Both the position numbers and the translations under genes were made by a program. The notes beneath the pieces were generated by a model. It ran no database searches. It was not told where the DNA came from and saw only the letters and a program-made list of their open reading frames with translations. 64,000 bases of DNA from Mobula hypostoma. Taxonomy: Eukaryota. Positions 52,301 to 64,000 of the stretch are shown in pieces. Each line of letters opens with the position of its first letter. Position 1 is the stretch's first letter. The stretch spans positions 123,072,001 to 123,136,000 of the forward strand of contig NC_086097.1 of NCBI RefSeq assembly GCF_963921235.1, read 5' to 3'.

Positions 52301-53805
52301 AAAAAAGTGAACAGCATCTAAGATAAGTTCTATATTATTTCCCCTGTTGTTTTCTATTTGTGAATTCTCCGCACGTCTGTATCTATAATTTAACTTCAGA
52401 GTTTTGTCATTTGCCTACAGGAAACTAAGTAATAATGCCGTGGAACAGATTTCAATGTTACTGCAGATTGACAGCATCCGGTTCGTCTCCAGCAAGTTGC
52501 ATAGTGGAGATCCCACTACAATGACAATATGCCTCGCCACCAGTCTCACAAGTGCATCAGCATGACATTTCCATTTCACACACTATGCTTCTTTCTGGCT
52601 CTCGGGCTCTCTCAGCAAAAAATCTCAATTTAATAGCAGCTGTGCTAAATTAGAGTGTAATTTCCTGCTGTGAGCTCTTTCCCACTGGGAACCGGCCTAT
52701 AACTGTTAGAAAACTAGCAGTGACATCTCCAGTGGAGAGTGATGGAAGGAAGGGGAAGCTGGTTCACTGATTAGTTATATGCGAGGCTCTACAACGGTAG
52801 TCAAAACAGCCCAACGCACCACTGGCAGCAGCCTACCCACCATCGGGACATGTGTACAGATACTCCTGTGCCTAGCATCACCTTATGTATGTACAATCTA
52901 TATATAAATATAAATGTATAAGATAGCTTATATACATTGATTGATTTGTTTACTATCGTGTTCTTTATCTTATTGTGTTTTTTCTGCTGCATTTTGTTCC
53001 CCGTTGCACCTGTGCACTGGAAATGACAATAAACAATCTTGAATGTGATCAAAAGCAAGCCCCTTGGTTACCTTCACTCACAGCACTGCCATGACTTTAA
53101 ACCTGAGCTGTTCAGCCAAGTTGTGTCAGCCGGGGTCAGTTTAGTGCTGAGCAATTAGCACTGAAGAAAGACCGTTAAGACCAATGTAGACAGCTTGTGG
53201 TGTAACTACAATTAGAAAGAAAATCATGCTTTTAAACAGCAACATCACATTAGGAGCTCGGACTGTTTCGAATCTATGACACTACATTGTAATGGTGCTG
53301 GACTCCTAGACCATAAGACCATAACTCATAGGAGCAGAATTAGGCCACTCGGCCCATTGAGTCTGCTCCGCCATTCCATCATGGCTGACTTATCATCCCT
53401 CTCAACCTCATTTGCCTGCCTTCTCCCTGTAGCCTTTGATACCCTTAAGAAACTATCGACCTCTATTTTAAATACATCGAATAACTTGGCCTCCATAGCC
53501 ATCTGAGGCAATGAATTCCATAGGTTCTTTCTCAGCTCTGTTACATGCTTGTATTTTGAGTCTGCGCTGTCTGATCCTAGACTCTCCCATTATTGGAAAC
53601 ATTCTCTCCAGGTCCACTCTATTTAGACCTTTCTATATCCAGTAGGTATCAATGATATTCCCCCTCATTCTTCTAAAGAACAGTAAAATCGGGCTCCTGG
53701 GAAGGAGGCTAATGGATTACAACAGCACGACACCCCTTGCCAATGCAAATCCAATTAAAATTTCAAGTACAATTTGATTTTCATTTGTGTGTACACTTTG
53801 TTATT

Positions 53806-54600
53806 CAGTGGAATCCAGTTAATTGGACTATTGGTTAATTGGAGCAACTGCTAAAATAGGACAACTCTTAAAGAACAAAAACTAATCAAGAAAATAGCTG
53901 GGATTCCCTTCATTTATTTGGGACACTATGCCACTCAATGAGGTAGGAAACTGTTGCTGAACAGTTTCTAACTCGAGTCAGACACATGAACTTTTGTGGC
54001 CATTAGACACCACGCCGTGCTGAGAGCAAACAGTTTTTAAATAGCGTCAGTTGTGTGTGTTTGCTTTCAAAAAGCAGTGATTTTTGTCACTGATAGTTGG
54101 CGAGAAATAAGCGGTAATACAATTCCGAACTTTTTGCTCACTGCAGTTTCAAGTGTTCAAGCTTGGAGTTGCCAGAAACAGACGGGAGTGAAAATGACAT
54201 TACTCCACTACATCAACAAGTTAGGTACTACCAAAAATTTGGAGGTACCGACAATCATCCTGAATGTCACAATGAAAATGAAGATTTGGAGGATGCAATC
54301 ATCAAAAACATTGTTTTAAGGCAGGCACTAGGTGTCTGCACTGATCTTGTTCATTTACAGTCAATCAAAAGAACGAGGCCGCATACTAATACACAGTTTT
54401 ATACTACTGCAGTAGTACTGATAGTCTTCTACTTTGTTCTCTATTTCATTTAAATACATAATTTGTTACTCAATTAAATGGTAGTTTGTCTTTTTTATAC
54501 CCTTTAACTATTTTCATGAAACTTCGGCTAATTGGGGCAGCTGCTTAATTAAGTCAAAGTGCACTGGTCCCGAGGTGTCCCAATTAACCGGAATCCCCTG
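53806..54600. mobile_element. Tigger/pogo-like non-autonomous DNA transposon (partial copy at ~61970-62470)
   Basis: TIRs CAGTGGAATCCAGTTAATTGG / CCAATTAACCGGAATCCCCTG-TA. Confidence 0.8.
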
Positions 54601-55719
54601 TACATGGCTGACTGCTTTCTCCGCTCAGCCACCTATTTCTGAAGGTGCTATATCATGCTGTGTTGCTTCTCAGGTGCTTTTTACCCTCTGAGGCTACCCA
54701 CACAGGTTGAAGCAGTGAGTGTTGACATGCCTTTCAACCAGTTTCATCACTGCCTCAATTAAAGTCAATCCACACAGACTTTCCAGCAGAGATCTATAAA
54801 CAACAATGAGGAGAAACAGCCCAAGGCAATTTTATTCCTATTTAGATCACCTGCAGTGGCTACTGAGAGATCAGTTACAAAGCGCAATGATATGGAACAG
54901 ATGTGGCAAGTAGCATGAACAAATTTAAAGAAACCAGATAAACAAATGGGCAAAATAAATGGAAGAAATGACGATGGTGTTGGGTAACCAATGGTGGGGA
55001 AAGGATGATAAATCCAGAGCAGGCGGACTCAGTGCGTACATCGACAAGGGTTGGTGCACAAGCTCTTCTGTGGTGTTCTATGTTCTGTAACAACTGAACA
55101 TCAAACAAATGAATGCTGCCACATTGCCTGCTCAGGGAGTTTCCTGTTGTGTTCATCATGTCTATCTGCATTCCACCCCCCCCCCCCCAAATGCTCCCGC
55201 GCACGCACCGGGAGAACCTTATAAAGCCGTCGATTCTCTACAAAGCAAGCATAAGGACAGTCTCTTCATAATTGCAGCAGACTTCAATCATGTTATTTAA
55301 TGTGTTTTATTTTTGTTCTTTTTTATTGGGTTCTTTATGCTTACTGAGTTTTTTTATTCTGCATCAGATCTGGAGTAACAATCACTTTGTTCTCCTTTAC
55401 ACTTATGTACCAATGAATGGCAATAAACAATCTTCAAATGTGAATATAAAATGTCAATGCAAACACAGACCAAATGAAACCAAAGTCTTACAGCCAAAGA
55501 ATCATAGGTATGTTCCTATGCTGTATATTCTAAGTAACCTAATGCCACTATACTAAACATCCTGTACCTAACAAAATGGCCACTGAATGCATGTTTGCTG
55601 CCTTCTGCTGCTGTAGCCCATCCACTTCAAGGTTCAATGTGTTGTGTGTTCAGAGATGCTCTTCTGCACACCACTGTTGTAACGCATGGTTATTTGAGTT
55701 ACTGTTGCCTTCCTTTCAG

Positions 55720-56690
55720 CTCCAAGGGTCCTGTGATTTCAGTCCCTGAGGCCGATGTGGAGGGCGAACTCACAAACAGCATCCAGCCCCAACGGGGTAC
55801 CTGGTCAGGTACGAAAGACCGGTGCTGTGCTGTGCTGATCAACTGGCTGGACTGTCTGCTCAGATTATTAACCTCTCACTTCACCGGTCTGAGGTACCCA
55901 CCTGCTTCAATTATACAGGTGCCGAAGAAGAATGTGATAGCCTGCCTCAGTGAGTATCGTCTAACAACACTTACTGTATATCCACTGTGATGAAGTGTTT
56001 TAAGAAGTTGGTGATGAAATATATCAATAACTGTCTGAGAAGTGACCTGAATCCACTCCAATTTGCCTACCAGCACAATAGATCCACAGGGAAATGCCAT
56101 CTCACTGGCTCTTCACTCAACTGTGGAACATTCGATTAGCAAAAATGCATATATCAGGATGTTCTTTATCGACTGCTGCTCACCATTCAATACTATCATC
56201 TCCTCAAAACTAATCAGTAAGCTTCAAGACCTTGGCCTCAATACCTGCTTGTGCAATTGGATTCTCAGTTTCCTTACCTGCAGACCCCAGTCAGTTTGGG
56301 TTGGCAACAATATCTACCCCACAATCTCCAACAGCACAGATGCACCACAAAGCTGCGTGGTTAGCTCCCCGTTCTACTCGCTTTACACTTACTACCGTGT
56401 GGCCAAGCACAGCTCCAATACCATATTCAAGTTTGTGTCACAGGCTGAATCAAAGGTGGTGACGAATCACCATATAGGAGGGAGACCAAAAATCTGGCTG
56501 AGTGGTGTCATAACAACAACCTCCCACTCAATGTCAGCAAGACCAAGGAGCTGATTATTGACTTCAGGAGGAGGAAACCTAAGTCCACGAGCCAGTCCTC
56601 GTCAGGGATCAGAAGTGGAGAGGCTCAGTAACTTTATATTTTTCAGTGTTATCATTTCAGAGGACCTGTCCTGGGCCCAGCACATAATTA
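55720..56690 (+). mobile_element. Decayed Rex-Babar RT fragment truncating a Tc1 MITE
   Basis: ORF 56063-56554 DPQGNAISLALH...YIRMFFID..SPFNTIISSKL...APQSCVVS. Confidence 0.8.
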
Positions 56691-57384
56691 CAACTATATT
56701 CTGGCATCACAAATTTAATTCAACATTTTGCCTCCTATATATCCTATATCTATTTATTTATTCGTAAGACCATAAAACATGGAAACAGAAAAAGGCCATT
56801 CGATCCATCATCTGCTCTCCCTATACATCATGGCTGGTTTATTATCCCTCTCAACCCTATTTTCCGGCCTTCTCCCTGTAACCTTTGACACTCTTACTAA
56901 TCAAGAACTTAGCAACCGCTGCTTTAAATATGCCCAATGACGTGGCCTCCACAGTTGCCCGTGCCAATGAATTGCACAGATTCACCACCACCTGGCTGAA
57001 GAAACTATTCCTCATCTCCTCATCTCTGTTCTAAAGGAACATCCTTCATTTTCTGAAGCTGTTGCCTCTAGGTCCTAGACTTTCCCACTATCAGAAACAT
57101 GCTCTCCATGTTCACTCTATATAGGCTTTTCAATATTCAGTAAGTTTCAATTAAATCCCCCCTCATTCTTTAAAACTCCAGCGAGTACAGGCTCAGAGCC
57201 ATCAAACGCTCTTCATACATGAGCCCTATCATTCCCAGGATCATTATCGTGAACCTCCAGTGCAGCTTCTCCAATGCAAGCGCTTACTTACTTAGATAAG
57301 GGGCCTACAGTTAACACCGGTGTTGCAAATAAAAGTAATTTTCATCTGTTTAACTGACTTTTGTGGAACATATAAAATATTACG

Positions 57385-57928
57385 GTGACCACTTTATTAG
57401 GTACACCTGTACACCTACTCATTAATGTAAATATCTAATCAGCTAATCATGTGACAGCAACTCAATGTATAAAAGCATGCAGACATGGTCAAGAGGTTCA
57501 GTGTTGTTCAGACCAAACATTAGAATAGAAAAGAAATGTGAACTAAGTGACTTTGACTGTGGAATGATTGTTGGTGCCAGAAAGGGTGGTTTGAGTATCT
57601 CAGGAACTGTTGATCTCCTGAGATTTTCACACAAAACAGCCTCTAGAGTTTCACAGAGAATAGTGCAGAAAAACAAAAAAAATATCAAGTGAGCAATAGT
57701 TCTGTGGACAATACAACCTTATTAATGAGAGAGGACAAAGAAGAATGTCCAGACTGATTCAAGCTGACAGGAAGGAAACACTAACGCAGATAACCACACA
57801 TTACAACAGTGGTGTGCAGAAGAGCATCTCTGAATGCACAATACATCGATCCTTGAAGTGGATGTGCTACAGCAGCAGAAGACTACACCGGGTTCCACTC
57901 CTGTACCTAATAAAGTGGCCACTGAGTG
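57385..57928 (+). mobile_element. Tc1-derivative MITE, both termini present
   Basis: GTGACCACTTTATTAGGTACA ... TGTACCTAATAAAGTGGCCACTGAGTG-TA; transposase DNA-binding-domain remnants in ORFs 57465 and 57745. Confidence 0.85.
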
Positions 57929-58107
57929 TATGTTTTGGTATTTATCCACTTAATATTCCTCTGAAAGCAAATAATTTGAATGGTCAATAGATAATTACAC
58001 AGAACAGTTAAATACTACAAGCACAAGTATTCATATGAAGTAGCAAATCATGTTCACTCCAAAGAAAAACATTTTTAATGCAGTTCATTTCAATTGTTCA
58101 AATATAC

Positions 58108-58177
58108 TGTTGTAAGCCCTCAGTGATCTGCAGCAGTTTCATTGTCGTAAACCCTCAGTGAACTGCAGCAGTTTCAT
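58108..58177. repeat. 35-bp tandem duplication
   Basis: TGT(T/C)GTAA(G/A)CCCTCAGTGA(T/A)CTGCAGCAGTTTCAT x2. Confidence 0.9.
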
Positions 58178-59770
58178 TTCTCCATCATTAGGATGGAAGT
58201 GAGGATGTTTGCTGATAACTTTGTAATGCCAGTTCCATTCCCAATTACTTAGGCCACAAGGTGGATGGACAATAGCCCTCAAGAGGCTGATGAGTGCCAT
58301 GTAATATAAATGCCAAAGGAGTGCCAGTCAAAGTCATTTCCAATCATCTTCCTATGACGATCAATGAGAAATATCTCACCATTGACATGCTGGGCATCAT
58401 CATAAGACATATGAGCAGAATTATGCCATTCAGCACATCTAGTCTGCTTCACCATTCCATCATGGCTAATTTGCCCAATATGCCCAATGGCTTGGTCTTT
58501 GGCAATTCCAGATCTACCACCCTCTGACTCCAGCCATATATCACCAGCCAAAACAACAGTATAGCTTCAAGATCTGAGACCACATATTCTGTGGCAAGTG
58601 ACATACAAAACCTTTCAACTACCCACAAGGCACTGTGGTGTGATGGAATGCTTTTGACTTGTCTGGAAAAGCAGAGATTTCCAAAAACCGCGACAGGTCT
58701 CAGTATCACCCAGGGCAGTACAGCCACCTTGACTGGACCTCATTTGTCATCCTGAACAATCATGTCTTCTTCCATTCACAAATTCACTGCAGCACTTCGA
58801 CACCGATCCTTTCATCGCACCTCATCCCATGAACCGCCAACGACTAAACACTTACATAGGCACCCAACATCAGCCATCTCCTCCCAAGTTACATATCACT
58901 TTGTTAAAATACGCTGCTATCCATTTGGTGTTGCTGACCTACAGCACTGTGGGAATGCATTTATTGCAAGGACTATTGCAGCCAGCAATACACCTTTTCA
59001 AGCAATATGATCACCTTCCAATGACATCCACAACCCATTAGAGTACTTAAATACCTTTGAATGACAGGCTACAGAAGAAAAACTCAAAAAAAAAACATGT
59101 AAGAGAAATAAACCAGAATAGAGAATAGATTCTGATCAGTCATGTCAGATGATAAACATAAGACTATAAGGCATTGGAAAAGGATTAGGCCATTCGGCCC
59201 ATCAAGTATAATACGACATATAAGCATGCCTTATTTATTATCCCTCTCAATTCCCTTCTCCCTGTAACCTGTGCCATCCTTACAAGAACGTACAAACTTC
59301 TGCTTTAAATACACCCAATGACTCGGCCTCAGCTATCTATGGCAATGAATTCCACAGATTCACCGCTGTCTGGCAGAACAAATTCCTTCTTATCTCAATT
59401 CTAAAGGGAATTCTTTGTTTTCTGAGGCTATGTCCTCTGGTACTAGACTGTCCCACTACTGGAAACATCTCCACAAATATCTAGCTCACAAGTGGGTTAA
59501 AGGTATGCCCCAGATAGATACTGTATATTAATTATATCTGCAGGTAGACATGCAAATGTAGATTTAAAATTAGATGTTAATTTTTAATGTTAAATCTTTA
59601 TTTAAATATTCAAAATATTTAAAGCATAAAATATTAATTGCTTTTGGTGTAGCTACAGTTAGAAAAAAAACTTACTTTTAAACAGTAACATCAAATTAGA
59701 AGCTGGGTTTGTATCAACACTGACGTTTGCTGCATCTGTTCCGCCACGCACACAAAAAAACTTGCTTGTA

Positions 59771-60296
59771 CACTCAGTAGCCATTTCTTCTACCTAATAA
59801 AGTGGCCACTGAGTTTATATGTGTGGTCTTCTGCTTCTGTAGCCCATCTACTTCAAGGTTCAATGAGTTGTGTATTCAAAGATGCTCTCCTGCACATCAC
59901 TAATGCGTGGTTATTTGAGTTACTGTTGGCTTCCTGTCAGCTTGAACCAATCTGACCTCTCTCATTAACAAAGTATTTTTGCCCACAGAACTGCTGCTTT
60001 ATTTGTGCTTTTCGCACCATTCTCTGTAAACACTAGAGACCGCTGTGTGTGAAAATCCTCGGAGATCAACAGTTTCTGAGATATTCAAACAACCCCATCT
60101 GGTACCAACAATCACTCCGTGGTCAAAGTCTCTTAGATCACATTTCTTCCACATTCTGATGTTTGGTCTGAACAATAACTGACTATGTCTGCATGTTTTT
60201 ATATATTGAGTTGCGGCCATACGATTGGCTGATTAGATATCTGCATTAACGAGCAGGTCAGGTGTACAGGTGTACCTAATAAAGTGCCACTGACTG
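59771..60296 (-). mobile_element. Tc1-derivative MITE flanked by TA
   Basis: TA-CACTCAGTAGCCA ... CCTAATAAAGTGCCACTGACTG-TA; ORF 59999-60220 transposase N-terminal remnant. Confidence 0.85.
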
Positions 60297-61560
60297 TAAT
60301 TTTCAATAACCTTTGACCCTTTCTCAGCATATCCAGTAAATAACAGTCCTATACTCCACCACAGTGAATATGCTATACCCTGCCTGTCCATTATTAACCA
60401 ACTTCCTGCATCTGCTTTTCAACTTCAAAAGAGGAAAAGATAATTCCCCAAGACATTTGCAAAGAGCTTCTTCAATCGTCTCTATTGAGTTTCTGCTGCC
60501 AGCAGCAATAACGATAAAAATGATGAGGTGATTTTTTTTTTGAGATGAAGGACATCTAAAACAACCTCAAGGAAATGAAAATATGGATTAAAGAACTAAA
60601 CAGCTGGATCACAGAATTGCAAGGTACTGGTTATTAATATACACTGCATTTAAGTAAGGCCCTTGCCCAAGAATTAAAAGTGTCCATAATGTGCTCTTAA
60701 GTTATATTCAATGCATTGACTGAGAGACTAATATATTTTCTGTTTGTGTTTACACCTTCTGAGTAAGGTTAATAGGAATCTGCTCTATCTGTCAATGTAC
60801 TGAATACCAAATCTAAACTGAAATTAAATTACAGGCTTCTTAATGAAAGCAGTAATCATCATAGTCCTAAACCACTACAGCACAAAAAACAGGCCCTTTG
60901 ATCTGTCTGCTTATGCTGTCTGAACCTATCAACCTTCGGCCAGACCATAGCCCTCCATACCATCCCCATACATGTTCATACACAAACTTCCCTTAAATGC
61001 TGAATTCAAACCTGCAACTACCTCTTCTGCTGGCAGCTCATTCCACACGCACACCACCCTCTGACTGAAGAAGTTTTCCCTCAAGTTCTCCTTAAACATT
61101 TCACCTTTCACCCTTAACTCAGTTCTAGTCTCACCCAACCTCAGTGGACGTTCAAGTTAAATAGCTTTAACCAAGTGAGCTAAAAATTACTTTGTAAATG
61201 GAAATGTTTTTATTGAAGGCTACATGACAGAATATTTTATTAAAATTGTAAAAAATTTTCAGTTTGTGTTTGGCTCCAGTTTCTCTGCAATGAGGAAACA
61301 CACAGACAGACTGCGCAGAGTGAAATGATTATGATCAGTAATAGAATCGTATGGGGGCTTCTGGTAGAAACTTCAAATCACATAACAGAACACAAAACAA
61401 TGTAAAATACTTGCTGAGAACTTCTCAGTGATTGTGCAGGCCATGTTCCTTATTTCTTAATTAAGACAAAGAATGGTTTGATTGTGGCTCTATGTTCTTT
61501 CTAGGCACGTCACTATTTTAATAATGACGTCCATCATATTTCATTGCTGGAAACAATCAT

Positions 61561-61566
61561 TTTATT
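61561..61566 (-). terminator. Candidate polyadenylation signal AATAAA for CCDC102B
   Basis: TTTATT on + strand, 140 nt downstream of the exon's TAA; further AATAAA near 61209-61241. Confidence 0.45.
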
Positions 61567-61705
61567 GAGCCACTTCTTTCCAACAAAAGTCTTCAACTTG
61601 TGGAAGATCTTCCATCAATCTTGGGATCAGTTTGATGATATAAAGTGCTTAAGCCTAAATTTTCTTTCCCTCAGCACCCCGCCCCCCGCTTCCCCTTTTG
61701 ATGTC

Positions 61706-61813
<108 letters not shown>

Positions 61814-62759
61814 CTACAACAACATAAATAAAAAACATAATCATTATCAAGCCCTTTATCATGAGGTTCCTTGTCCTAAGTGCAGAAATAGAACTGTGGC
61901 AGAGGAAATGGTTCATTGAATAATAAACAATAGAGAGTCTGCAGATGCTGAAAATCCAGAGCAATGTACACTTAACTGGGGCAAGAGACTGTTGTCGAAC
62001 AGGTTCTGACTAGTATCAGTCGTGCACACTTGTGTGGCCATTAGACATTACACCGTGCTCAGAGCAAACGCTTTTTAAGTAGTGTCAGCTGCATTTGTTC
62101 GTGTTCAAAAATTTTTCTCACAGATTGTTGGCAAGTAAGAAAATTCTGAACTGTTTTGTTGACTGTGATTTCAAGCATTCAGGCTTGGAGATGCCAGAAG
62201 CAGCCGGGAGTAAGAATAAAACGATTTCACCACTTCAGCAAGTTAGGAGCTGTGATGAATTTGAAGGTATTGACAATCACCTTAAATGTTACAATGAAAA
62301 TGAAGATTTGGAGGATGCATTATTGATAAAATTATATGAAGGCAGTCCACTACCTATGCTAGGTGTCTGTACTGATTTTATTCATTGCATACACTGGATA
62401 ACTATTTGGAACTAATACACAGTTTTATAGTACTGTAGTATACTGGTGGGTTCTAATTTGTACTGTATTTCATTTGGAGGCTACCTTATTAAATATATTC
62501 AAGACATAGATTTTTGCATAGCAGGGAACTTAAGGGTAATGGAGAAAATGCAGGTAGGCGGAGGTGAGTCTACAGTCAGATCAACCATGATCTTATTGAA
62601 GCAGGTACGTTGGAACAGATGGCATACTCCTGGTGGAGGCAGTAGGAATTAGCCAAAATGAATCTACATGTTCTAAGCATGGAAAAACTGTCCTGCCTAG
62701 CATCACAAGGTTTAACATATGAGGCTGACTGCTCAGTCTTAATCCTCCTCTTCATTTGG

Positions 62760-63285
62760 AAGAAGACACACCAGTGGCTATATTTCGTAAGGAGTCTGAG
62801 GAGATTTAGTATGTCACCAAAGAGTCTTGCTAATTTCTACAGATGTACCGTGGAGAGCAATCTGACTGGTTGCAATACTATCTGGTATGGAAATGTCAGT
62901 GCACAGGATTCAAAAAAGCCAGCTCCATCATCAGCCTCCCTACCATCTACGACTCCTTCAACAGGCAATGCCTCAAGATGCAGCATCCTTCATTAAGTAC
63001 CCCCACCACCCAGGTCATGCCCTCTTCTAATTGCTACCGTCAGGGAGGAGATACAGGAGCCTGAAGACACACACGGAGTGTTTTAGGAACAACTTCTTCC
63101 CCTCCACCATCAGATTTCTGAATGGACATTGAACCCAGGGACACTTCCTCATATTTTGCACTACTTAGTTTTTTAAATATTTTTCTTATGGTAATTTCTT
63201 ACTTTTTTATATTGCACTCTGCTACTGCCACAAAACAACAAATTTCGTGACATAGGTAAGTGATAATAAACCTGATTCTGATTCG
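62760..63285 (+). mobile_element. Rex-Babar 3' fragment (intronic to CCDC102B)
   Basis: LYFVRSLRRF.MSPK.L.NFYRCTVES.LTGC..IWYG; (GATTCT)n tail. Confidence 0.8.
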
Positions 63286-63477
63286 TTTTCCACTTCTTCT
63301 CCTCCTACAATCTCTTCTTTCCCATTCCTTCCCCTTCCTTCTCTTACCACCCGACTCATTTTCCAAAATATGCAAGAAGTCCAATCTGATCTGATCTGAA
63401 ACCTACAGAAACCCTGCGTCCCATGTCAGGGAAGATGATACACTCAGGTCCCAGTTCTGCATTAGAGACTTTTCAGA

Positions 63478-63930
63478 GACCATAAGACCATAGGCTATAG
63501 AGCAGAATTAGGCCACTTGACCCATCGAGTCTGCTCCACCATTTCATCATGGCTGATCCATTTCCCCCTCAGCCCCAATCTCCTGTCATCTCCTGTATCT
63601 CTTTATGCCCTGACTAATCAAGAATCTATCAACCTCTGCCTTACATATACCCAAAGACTTGGCCTCCACAGCCACCCGTGGCAACAAATTCCACAGATTC
63701 ACCACACTCTGGTGAAAGAAATTCCTCCTCAACTCCATTCTATTATGAGGCAGTGTCCTCTGGTCTTGGACTCCCCCTCCATAGGAAACATCTTTTTTTT
63801 ACTCAACCTCTCTATAGGGCCTTTTAACAGTTGAGAGGTTTCAATGAGACCCCCCTTTCCCATTCTACTGAGAGTTCTACAGGCTCAGGGCCATCAAAAC
63901 TCCGTATATAATAAGCCTTTCAATCCTACA
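63478..63930 (-). mobile_element. CR1 (HER1-like) 3' fragment
   Basis: GACCATAAGACCATA...GAGCAGAATTAGGCC tail. Confidence 0.8.
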
Positions 63931-64000
63931 AGCACTTTGCCAGTCTGGATACTTGTGGATACTAGTGTTTAAAATAGCTGCTCCAGCATCTGCCCGGAAT

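Overview
Eukaryotic, repeat-saturated DNA, most likely from a cartilaginous fish (ray/batoid). This is inferred from the repeat families: HER1-like CR1 tails, V-SINEs, Rex-Babar, and abundant Penelope-derived termini. I recognise only one host coding exon, a minus-strand 3' exon of CCDC102B (61706-61813, [18 protein letters not shown]...HLQTR). Its splice-donor-like GTAAG overlaps an in-frame TAA stop and is followed by AATAAA, so most of the window is probably downstream intergenic DNA (or a very long last intron). The rest is nested, mostly decayed transposons: CR1 LINEs (one nearly 5'-complete with an esterase ORF1), Rex-Babar LINE pieces, Penelope/GIY-YIG remnants, a young HERO-like REL-endonuclease retrotransposon 3' half, Tc1- and Tigger-type deletion derivatives, and tRNA-SINEs. 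Nearly all ORFs in the supplied track are TE fragments or noise. The most interesting signals are RNA-level: (i) many minimal type-I hammerhead ribozyme motifs in Penelope-derived termini, often arranged as TSD-flanked palindromes, one of which encloses an inverted copy of its own upstream flank; (ii) a degenerate HDV-like nested double pseudoknot beginning at the apparent 5' boundary of an RTE-like insert; (iii) a structured 3' UTR on the HERO-like element. All family assignments are by eye, with no database searches, and TE boundaries are approximate unless a TSD/TIR is quoted.
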